From the NCBI RefSeq assembly GCF_001194135.2, contig NC_069008.1, positions 10,319,366 through 10,352,796 of the forward strand: a DNA stretch of 33,431 nt. The letters run 5' to 3'. Of this stretch, positions 1 to 11,800 are shown piece by piece (position 1 is the stretch's first letter; every line of letters starts with the position of its first letter). The notes below the pieces were generated by a model that was not told the origin of the DNA, did no database searches, and was given only the letters and a program-made list of their open reading frames with translations. Position numbers and translations under genes: made by a program. The DNA comes from Octopus bimaculoides (lineage: Eukaryota).

Positions 1-113
1 ATATATATATATATATATATATACAAATATACACACACACATAAACATAAAAATGTAAAAAAGCAGAAAAAAATTAAGAAAACATAGGAACATAAAATTA
101 GAAGACTTCTTAC

Positions 114-421
114 CTCTTCCACAATGTTAGGTGGCAATTGGGGACATCTGTGGCACAGAAAGTGGCCTCTGTAACCTTCCTGTCTCGGTACACACTGACA
201 ATTTTGACAAAAGTTGTGCTTCAGAGATAAAGCTATGTACGCACAGAAGGTCTGCATGAAAGATCGGCTAGTAGTCACCTTATTCAGTTTCTTGGTGTTG
301 AAATATGATCCTTTTGAATGAATAGCTTCTTGTGCACAACTATCATCAGGGACAATTTGGTGACCAGAAATATTTGCAAAATTATTGGAGTCTATTGGGT
401 AGATATTGCGATGATTTGCCC
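114..421 (-). CDS. LLTP gene exon J (308 nt, phase 1 to 0), GANHRNIY...CQNCQC...CHRCPQLPPNIVEE; not in the ORF track
   Basis: Acceptor aattAG, donor GAG|GTAAGA; 102 open codons translated by hand; Cys-rich tail. Confidence 0.85.
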
Positions 422-1655
422 CTAATTGTTGGAGTGAGTAAAATAATGCATATTTAAATATCATTTAAATAAGGAAGTAATAAATATTTGCTTCATTTCA
501 TTATCATTTTAATATTTATGTTTGTATTTAAGGTGGTGAGCTGGCAGAACTGTTAGCATGCTGGGCAAAATGCTAAGTGGTATTTTGTCCATCTTTACAT
601 TCTGAGTTCAAATTCTGCTGGGGTCAACTTTACCTTTCGTCCTTTCAGAGTTGATAAATAAGTACCAGTTGAGCAATGGGGTCAATGTAATTCATCCAAA
701 ACTTCCCTTTAAATTGCTGGCCTTGTGCCAAAATTTGAAATCAATATTTATGTTTGTGTTAATATTTATGCTTGCATGAGTCTACTGGAATTCACTGAAG
801 CTGATTTTCTATGGCTGGATGCCCTTCCTGTTGCCAACCTTCACTTGTTACCAAATCTCCTAGTCTATCAAACAGTGAAAAGCATGGATGGAGTCATGAG
901 CAAAATATGAAGACATCTCAAGAAGCTTGCATGTGCTTTTTTGCAGTTGACTGCAAGCATACAACATTGTCTGTAATTGATAGTGGGGTTGTAGTTTTGG
1001 ATACAATCAGCAAACACACACAAAAAACTAACAAATATGAAATCACTTATGCAAACATATACCTGCACACAAACACATTTACACACACACACACACAGTG
1101 CACTCTGTAACATGGTTGGCATCAGGAAAAGCATCTTTATCCTTTTTATTCTAACAATTCTGCCAGTTTGCTGAATGCAGGAAATAACTAATAATGAAAG
1201 AATGCCAAAAATAAATGTAGTATTGAAGTATATAATTACCATATATATGTGCCTTCTCAGGGTTGATGTTCCCAACTGATTTGAAGTTTTGTTCAGCCAA
1301 AACATGAAGGATAACATCCTGCTCACGCAGTGCTTCTCTGAGTTCAAAGCTGACCACATTATTATCTTGACAACTGCTGCATGTCACCAATATAACGGCC
1401 TTCATTGCACCTGTACGAAATGGATAGTGCAAAGCTCTGGTCAGAGCTTGCATAATGTCCAGTGGTTGCTGCTGTCGGTTGTTTTCATAGTTGATGTCAT
1501 ATAGCACATCACTAACCATGAGGCTGTCACTCATTGTCTGGCCATCGAAGGTATGCAGGTAGACAGGGGTGGTGTAGTTACCACCAAAACCAACCAAACC
1601 AAACTTGGTGTTACTGAAATCTTAAAAAAAGGAAGACAGTACAAATATAACTGTG

Positions 1656-1711
<56 letters not shown>

Positions 1712-4700
1712 TATGTGGATTTTTCTATGATTTTGATCATCGAAAAATTCTAGAAAAATCCATGCCATATGTTAATTGATCTAAAACAGAGGTTCTCAAA
1801 ACTTTTTGTCCCACCGCCCCCCTTGTGTCCGCATAACAGCCTGTGCCCCACCCCTATTTTATGTATAAATAAATATTTTATATTTTACTAATTTATATAA
1901 TGAATCATTTGATATTTAATATAATATTATATAATTTGTATACAATACTATAATAATATAATAAATTCATAGCATCTCCCAATCAACTGTCTTCCTCCCA
2001 ATGCCTCCTTTTTCTCTACCCACCCCCACTTTCCCTTTAGGCACCAGTGCCCCCCTGGACCGTCTCAATGTCAACCGGGGGGTGGCAGCACCCACTTTGA
2101 GAACGTACGATCTAAAAGATGCAAATTATGCATAGCTGAAAGATCCTCTTTGGATCTAAGAATCTCACAGCACTGCTTAATTCCAGATCAGAAACTTTCA
2201 ACAACTGCAAACATAAGGACAAGTTTCTTTTGGCATATTGGAGAGGAACGCCACCTTCACCTAATTGAGCATCTGCATTGCAGACTTTAAACCCCTTCTA
2301 TTGATTCTACATCAACAGGCTTTATGGCTTTACAGCTGAAGGAGACATAACCCAAATTCTCTTTTCCCTTTCTTTTTCTGTTTCTTTCACTCTTCCACTT
2401 TTCTCATCCACCTTCCTCTCATTTTTTTCTCACAATTTCTCTTGTTCTATTATTCTGTATAGGTCTTGTTCTCAGAGCCCGGAAATTGCTTGGAGACGTG
2501 GGGTACATTATTAAAACTTGCCTAGAAAACATCTTCAGAGTATGAAACTATTAGTTGGTCACAAAAATATATATTGTTTACCTTAAACAATATTTATCTC
2601 TCACCAGATGGAGTACTTTTTCTGTTGATCTTGCCTTAACAAGAAAGTAAACTATATATATATTGCTCATTAGAAATATGCCCCTTGGGTTGGGAGCAAA
2701 AAGAGCCACCACAGCATAGGAGATATTTGGTTGTAGGGTAGTATTGGAGTTGGGGCAAGGGCAAGGTGGGTTAGAGATGCAGAGGGGTTGTGGAGAGAGG
2801 GAATGGGAGATGGTGGGGCAGAGTAAATTCTAAAATCATGGTATATATTGTAGTTTATATGTACATGTGCTTACATATAAAAACACACACATCTCAAAGT
2901 TGGGTGTGGCAAATTTCATACCAATTCCTCAATTTGCAATAAGAGATAAGACAAATGATGGGCTACAATGCCTAGTCATAGTGCAGTCAGCCAGTATGCT
3001 TGGACAAATTTGCTTTCATGAAGGTCAGGAGCAAAAATTCTTCATTTGTATTGCTTAGGTAGGTGCCTGGAGAGTTCTTTAGTATGATTCATTTCTCAGT
3101 TCATTTAGTATCATTTAGTATGATCTTTTCTAGTATCAATGTCATAATGTGTAGTGTTTTCCCTTGATGTCCATATATACCTCACTAGAGATGTGACATT
3201 TTGTCTTCCTTAGATGTTAAACAAGGTCTTGCAGTTGTTGAAGGAACCTTCTGTTGAACCCATATACTTCTGCATGCCTGAATCCTTTGATACTTCCTCT
3301 TTTGACACCTTGTTCATTAGGATCCTTTGACATTTCCTCCACCTCATATACAATGGTTTCTATATTTCAATGGCCTTCAAGTGAATATGTGGCGTTATTG
3401 TTGCACGAGTAGTCTGCTTGCTTACTAATATTTTCTTTATGCTAGATGCTCAGTGAAAATAGACATATAAGTATATCTATTAAATATTTTCCTGTTCCTG
3501 TGCGTTAAGGAAAATGTTTATCAACTAAACTAAGGAAGATGCTGCCTGTACAAGTTTTTACATTCAAGGAAAACATCGATGTATACCATATAACTTTATG
3601 GTGGTATTTTCTCTTTGTGGGATTAGGGTCAGTCATAAAACTAATTTTTTCTATGTTTTAAATGTCTGTAAAACAATGAGGAGGGTGTCCTGATATAAAA
3701 TTGTGCAAATTTCTGTTGTTGACTATGATGAAGAATTTGATGATCTTATTTTTAAAAACATTCTTTGTGGATTGAGGTTCTTTAAAAATGTAATCTAAGG
3801 CTTTATTAAATCCATTCTAATGTTTGTACATTTTAGAAAATACATTAATCATAATTTCATTATACGCTAATATGATTATTAAAACAAGGTAAACAAACTG
3901 TTTCCAAAATTTTCCTAAATATTTAACTAACATTTTAGCATTCACATTATTCTGTCAAAAGTAATGCTTATTAATTGATATTATTTTGAACTAATCCTGC
4001 ATTATCTTGTAGCTTTGAGATTTTGATGAAGTAACTGTTAATTTTTAGAATGATAACGTAGGGTTGGTATGAGAGCCCAGATATGGCCAGTTTGAACATA
4101 AAACAAGTGAAATATTTTGACCAGATATGATTGGTCTAAATGCTATGATATTTCTATTGACATACACCAACCTTATTTCAGTATATTTTGAAAATAATAA
4201 AGAATTTAAGAAAAATCATTATTAAACTGGTATTTGGAATATTAATTAACATGGAATTTAGATGGAAAATTTTAATTTAGATCACTGTAAAACAGGAAGT
4301 TCATATCATAAAACAAGAGGTGCTCTCAGGTCAGTTGATATTAAAAGGGTTAAAACTGTTGTTTTTTTTGTCTCAATTTCCATAAGATGTACCCCAGTAT
4401 ATCACACAGTCAAAAGCTTGAGAGACACAGATCTAATGTGTTCTTTCTTTTCTGAAAACTGTAGTATGTAAACTGAGGAATGATTGGTTACTCTTTCTAG
4501 CAGATCAAGTGGCACAAAAATATATGGCTGAAACAGTAAAACAATAAACTGCAACTTACTTATCAATGACAATAAGAAGTTAAGGTTCTCAATTATCTGT
4601 GGAAGCTTTGACCCCGTTTCAGAGTTACATTTTGTTTCCTGGAGAACAATAATAATGTCTGCAAGATAAGGTGTAGACACTGGATTGAGACTCATAACCT

Positions 4701-5029
4701 CCCCTTGCTGGACTTTAGTTTCATTGATGGTGAGACAGAACACTGCAATGAAAAGACAATAAGCATTTATTGGTGGTGTGGTATAGAGTGGGAGGAGTGT
4801 GTGAGAGAGAGAGGAAGACAGAGAGAGAGAGAGAAAGAGAAAAAGAATGAGAAAAATTAAACAGAATTGAGAGAAGGCCCTGAAAGATAGTGGAACGCAA
4901 AGGGAATGTGCATGCTTGTATAAGAGAGAAAGAGAGAGAGATAAGTTGATGATGAATTGAGGGAAGGTGGCTGAGAGCTAGTGAGATATAAGAGAATGCG
5001 TGTCTGTTTACATAAGAAAGAGAGTGGGA

Positions 5030-5080
<51 letters not shown>

Positions 5081-8000
5081 TGAGAGAGAGAGAAAGACAA
5101 TTAGATGAAAGACTGGGAGAGAGTGGTTCACAATCTATGGGATAGAGAGAAAGAGAGGGAGAGAGATTTAGATGCGGAATTGAGTTTGGATGGCTGACAC
5201 CCAATGAGACAAAGAGAGAGTTTGAGATTGCTATGCAGACAATCAGGGACAGACAGACAGTCAGATAGATAAATAGAGAAAAAGGGATTGAGACACAGAG
5301 AGTAATAGAAAGATAGATAAGCCAACAATCAAACAGACAAAAACAGAAAGAAGGAAGGAGAGAAAAAGAGAAGTACGTATTGTATAGAACTCACAACATT
5401 CCATGGGCATGGTCAGTGGAACTCCTTGTCTTTGACATTCCCTGATGTATAGTGATGACACTGCACACAAGTTGTCCTTGCTTGGCTTTGCAGCTGCTGA
5501 TGGTGTTGTTAATGCATCTATAGGCACATCTGAGGAGCACATCTTGTAAAAATATCCAGGTGTTACCTGTGGTGTGGACAACCCAAATGAAATATTACAT
5601 TCATAAATATTGGTTTCAAAATTTGGCACAAGGCCAGCAATTTTGAGGGAAGGAGTAAGTTGATTACATTGACCCCAATACTCAACTGGTATTTATTTTA
5701 TTGATGAGAGACAAAGTCGAACTCGGAACATAAAGACAGACAAAATACCACTAAGCATTCTGCTTGGCATGCTAACAATCTTGCCAACTCACCACCTTAT
5801 TACATACATAAACATTACATTTACTCTCACCTTCTCTCTTGTTCTCTCTAGCTGGGTAGCCATGTACTGCCTCTATAACAAAACACCCATTTCTGCCTCC
5901 CTGTCACACTAACCTTTCATCAGTGGAGACGCAATGTCCCAGTGGTTAGGGCTGTGGACTTGCGGTTTTGATTCCCAGACCGGGCATTGTGAGTGTTTAT
6001 TGGACGAAAATACCTAAAAGCTCCACGAGGCTCCGGCAGGGGATGGTGGCGAACCCTGCTGTACTCTTTCACCACAACTTTCTCTCACTCTTACTTCCCG
6101 TTTCTGTTGTGTCTGTAATTCAAAGGGTCAGCCTTGTCACACCGTGTCATGCTGAATATCCCCTAGAACTACATTAAGGGTACACATGTCTGTGGAATGC
6201 TCAGCCACTTGCACACTAATTTCACGAGCAGGCTGTTCCGCTGATCGGATCAACAGGAACTATCGTCGTCATAACCGACGGAGTGCCAACAGCCTTTCAT
6301 CATCACAAGATCACCTCCTCCAATTTCCCCTCCCCTCTCAAAAAATTCCTTGTCTTGCAAGTTACTTGGTGACCCTGTCAATGCTGGTGCCACATAAAAA
6401 ACATCCAGTCCACACTGTGAAATAGTTGACATTTGGAAGCGCATCCAGCTGTAAAAATCATGTCAAAACTGGCCTCACCTATGCAAATGCCACATAAAAA
6501 GAACTCAGTCCACCCTACGGGGTGGTTGATGTTAGGAAAGGCATCCAGCTGTAAAAACCCTGCCAAAACACACAGTAGCCTGGTGTATTAGGTTGATTAC
6601 ATTGACCCCAATACTCAACTGGTATTTATTTTATTGATGAAAGACAAACCATCCAACCCATGTCAGCATGGAAGGCAGATGTTAAACAATGATGATGATA
6701 ATATTCATATATATGATGGTCTCTCTCATCAAAGATGATGTATGAGTGTCCAGCGAGAAGACAGGAAAAAAGCAAAATTTCAACCAAATAGACAATGAAC
6801 AACACACACTACCATTCGTCACTGTTTACAATTCATTTACTTTCCCTGGTGACTCCCCTGGCCACAAAAAGCAATACGGATATGAGCATCTGCATGACTT
6901 ATTAAACCAGCATGTGATCTAGCCGAGAAACCACAAAGTGGACAATGGTGGTTTGCAGCAAGACTGTTGTTCTATTGGTTTCTTTTCCTGTCATTCTGTA
7001 ACTGCTCTTGATGAAGTATTCTTTGAGTTTTGAAATACATGTATGTATGCATACAAGCTTACATATATAAATGCATACGTATGCACATAATATATATACT
7101 GTATACATGAATACATATAATATGAAGTGATAGTAGTCTCTTGTAGTCTGAGAAAGACAATTCTGCAATTTCTTGCTGAACAACCTGCACAAATGATATG
7201 TTTATTAAGAAAAATGTTCTTATCAAAAGATGGGGGAACTATTCAATATCCTAAAAATTCCACAACATAACAGTAATCCTGCCCAAGCATACTTAATTCA
7301 ACTGCCCGTGTTTCTCAGGGCATTTGGCAGTATGAGTTGTAGGGTAGTGTACTTGCTATTCTATGTGTGTGTGTGTGTGTGTGTGTGTCTCCTTGTCTTA
7401 ACGTCGTATGATAGTTGTAAATAAATATTGCTATCATACTATCTACACTCTCTGAGTGGTTGGCGTTAGGAAGGGCATCCAGCTGTAGAAACTCTGCCAA
7501 ATTAGATTGGAGCCTGGTGTTGCCATCCGGTTTCACCAGTCCTCAGTCAAATCGTCCAACCCATGCTAGCATGGAAAGCGGACGTTAAACGACGATGATG
7601 ATGATGATGATGATGATGATCAAATGTATGTGCTGTACATTAAGCTCACTCCCTCTATCAAATCAACATTGCCTGAATAAGTGCAGCATGTATTATGGGT
7701 CAGGTGTTGAAGTGATCACAGAGTAATGTAAAATGAAATGTTTTGCTCAAGAACACAATGTATCACCCAGTCCAGGAATTGAAATCACAATCTCATGATC
7801 ATGAGTGCAACACCTTAACCACTAGGCCATGCACCCACACACACAATTGCATACAAACATGAAAACATACATGCATCCATATACTAATAAATACATATAT
7901 ACATGCATGCATACTTACATATGCACACTCATGCATGCATGCACATGCACACACACACACACACACACACGTACATGCATACAAAAAGGGGTATAAACAT

Positions 8001-8793
8001 TTGTATTGGTAGACTGATTTAGAAATGTATTGGTTAAGTTTCACAGACTTGAGAAACACGTTTGATTGTTTCTACACACATCTGAATGTCAAGACCAACT
8101 TTGTAATATAATGTATAATATATGCTTGAGCTTATATCTACTGTTTATTTTTTATTGTCATCATCATCACCATATTCATTGTTGTTGTCGTCAACATTAT
8201 CAGCATTTTATATCCATTTTCAGGAGACAGGAGTTTGGACTGTTTTTGATAGAATGATTTGGAAAATCATGTTCTGCTCCAATGTTTCCATTTTAGTAGG
8301 GTCTTCAAAAGTGAATACTCTTCCTAATGCCAACTACTTTACAAAGTGTACTATCTTTTATTTTTTACTTGTTTCAGTCATTAACCTGCAGCCGTGTTTG
8401 GGTACCAGCTTCAAGAATATTTAGCTGAATGAATCGATCTTAGTACTTAATTTTGTAAAGCTTGGTACTTATTCTATTGGTCTCTTATGCTGAACTACTA
8501 AGCAATGGTGGAGGATAAACACAAAGCCACACACATGCATATATATGACGGGCTTCTTTCAATTTCTGTCTACCAAATCCACTTTCAAGGCTTTGATTGG
8601 CTTGAAGCTACAGTAGAAGGCAACTTATCCAAGGTGCCATACAGTGGGACTGAACCCAGAGCCATGTGCTTGAGAAGCAAACATCTTATCATACACTTAT
8701 GCCTGGGCCTATGAGTGTGCTTTTTATTTCATGGTACCAGCATTAGTGATATGGCCAGGAAATTTGCAAAACTAAAAACTTGCTCTACTGACT

Positions 8794-8861
<68 letters not shown>

Positions 8862-11800
8862 CATTTTAGGCAAAGTGATGAGACAGAGAAAAGTATGATG
8901 AGAGGAATGGATTTATTGTGAGATAGTGGTAGTAAAGACAGTTGGGGAGGGAGTATGAAAGGATCCAGAGAAAGGAGAAGATTAGGTCAGGGGTTAGTGT
9001 GAAAGAGGGACAATGCAGGAAGGGTGATGGGGTAGGTTGGTAGGGGGATCCAGTGCTATGAAGAAAGGGTGGAAGGTGTGAAAGAAGAGAACATGATAAA
9101 GATAAAGAGGCAAGGTTGGCAAGGTTCTTGAGAGAGTTGTTGAAGGAAAAACTGGTGTAGAAGTTGTAGGTGAGATGAAAGAGATAGGAAGGTGTTGAGA
9201 TGGTGGAAAAGCTGTGAAGACAGCCCAGTGAGAAAGAGTGACCAAAGGGAGGAGGGTGTCATAGAGTTGGAGAGAGAACAGGATCAATGCAGTGAAAGAA
9301 CTCACAGAAAGGCTGCGAAAGAGAGACAAGATGTGAGCAGTAAATGAATGATGAAAGAACATCCTTGCAACCAGTACTTCTCATGTTTCTGTTCTCTCTG
9401 CTTTCTCCAGTACAGCATGTCACCAATTGTTGCAGTCTCTTGTCAAATATTTTGTGAAGTTCAACATCATAGGCTCAGGCATAGTTCTGTGGTAAGAAGC
9501 TTGCTTCCCAACCACATGGATTTGGGTTCAGTCCTACTGCATGGTACCATGAGCAAGTGTCTTCTACTATATCCTCAGCAGCTGACTGAGGACTGAGCCC
9601 TAATGGACCCCTGCTGCATGTTAAATTTAACATATAAGAATTGCTGATTTCTTGGGATTGTTTCCTCTTCTCATTCAAAATCAATCTTAATTGCTACTAG
9701 ATGTTTTTCACTTTCTCTTTGAACAAAGGCAATTTCATTAAATCCAAAAGTTACCATATATGGATTTAGAATATCTTTCTTTGTCCCCCTCTCTCTGTAT
9801 AAATATGTCTATGAGCATACATGTGTATATGTATGCACAGGTGCACGCAAAATGAACACCAAAATACACACTCATTGTTTTTAAAAAACATTAATTAAAA
9901 GTATTAATTGAAAGTATTATTTAAACGTATTATTTTGGATCATTGTATAAACAGCAATTCAATTTCATGATGTTGATTGTATGGAGTTTCAAATGTTTAT
10001 AATCACATTACCATGTGAATCAGAAATGAAATCAAAAATATGAGCTTGAAGCAACTGTTTTCACAAGTATAGTTCACAAAGGGTTTTCAATGAAAGAACA
10101 TAAGGATAAGTTTATGTATTTGTTTTGAAAAAACTCTTGATGTGAATTTGCATGTTGAAACTGATATTGTTCTACTTGGGATGGTTATCTTTTGTCAATT
10201 AAACACATGCACTATTTATTTCATCCTCACTTTAGCTTTATTGTTATTTTTAGTTTATTTGTCAGAGTTCTTTTGTAACACATACTGTGACCTCTTCAGT
10301 GACTTTCCGTCCCATGTTTCTCCTCTAGCACTGCCCATTCCATTTCGTCTTTCTGTAGTATGTATCTCTATCTGCATAAGTGTTTTTAAGTCTATATTTG
10401 TGTGTGCATCTGTGTTTAGCATGTGTGTCCTATGTGCATATCTATGGGTTTGTATATTACACTGTTTGTACCCATGCTTTTATTTATTTATTTATGAAAG
10501 CAAATAAGAGTAATTAGGCTGAATGTAAGATGGCTATCATCTGACAAAATAAGCCAATCATCATGTGTGTATATATGTGTGTGTGTGTGTGGGGGTATGA
10601 TGGTGATAATGATGACAATTATGTTAATGGTGACAACAACAATAATAGCAATCTTACCTGTTTGAAGCAGTTTCGAAACTGGGAGGATTTCTGCAAAAAC
10701 AGACGAGCACATCCATCACTGTTCCAGTTATCGTCAACATCATCATCACCATCACCATCATTGATGTTCATGTCATATTTGTTATCTGGAGTCATGATCA
10801 TATTTTGGTTAATTTGCAATGGCAGTAAAGACTTACAGTTTTCTGAGACTGTCCATGACTTGGCAAACATTTCCAGATTTCCAGAAGAATCCAAATCAGC
10901 TCCTGGTCCTGATTTAAGTTCCATTTCCATTTCTTCCTGACTCACAAGGTTGAAGTCATCATGTGGCTCATTATTGTATGTGCCAAAGAGCCCAGCAACC
11001 TTATTGAAATACCAGCCACTGATTTCAACTTCCAGAAGATTAGCCTCAAAATTTAATGTCACTTGGTACCCTCTGGAGCTTTCCAAAGTCACAGCTTCCT
11101 GGGTTCGGAACACAATGCCCCTGGTCAGTGTCATTGGAAGGTTCACCTCAGTGCCACCAACTTTGACCTGCCACAAAAATTCAAGAATTAATTAAGAAAT
11201 AGATCAGTTTTGTCTTTTTTTTTTTGTATTTATTTGTTACTTTATTTTCAGTAAAGGAGAAAAACAATTAAATAAACAGCAATTAGGTATCTATATGTAT
11301 ATAAAGATGAAAATGTGTGTCTGTCTGTCTGTTTGTGTGAATCCCTAAAACTCGAGAACTACACAACTGATTTTATTCAAATTTTACACATGCCTTACTT
11401 AGGNNNNNNNNNNNNNNNNNNNNNNNNNNNNNNNNNNNNNNNNNNNNNNNNNNNNNNNNNNNNNNNNNNNNNNNNNNNNNNNNNNNNNNNNNNNNNNNNN
11501 NNNNNNNNNNNNNNNNNNNNNNNNNNNNNNNNNNNNNNNNNNNNNNNNNNNNNNNNNNNNNNNNNNNNNNNNNNNNNNNNNNNNNNNNNNNNNNNNNNNN
11601 NNNNNNNNNNNTATATATATATATATATATTCCTTATGCATTCCAAAACCAAGTTACCAGTTTTGACGTATGGGGGTATCAAAAGATTCAGTACTATTTT
11701 AACTACAAACTAAACTTAATTTCCATTCACATATTTGCATTTCAAAATTTTAACATTATAGTCTTTTCCATAAATCAACTATTGTAAACATTTTATATGA

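Noticed and set aside
811-1504. Overlapping short ORFs (811-1110, 868-1359, 1289-1504)
   Set aside because: Antisense or off-frame shadows of exon I, or read-through of repeats and microsatellites
5924-5990. tRNA gene (also the heads of other SINEs)
   Set aside because: A/B boxes are present but there is no complete cloverleaf, and the sequence continues into a SINE body
8930-9362. ORFs in a purine-rich tract (122 aa and 68 aa)
   Set aside because: Compositional bias explains the open frames; probably a decayed retroelement, but no motif I can support
11315-11713. ORFs spanning the N run
   Set aside because: Artifacts of the assembly gap
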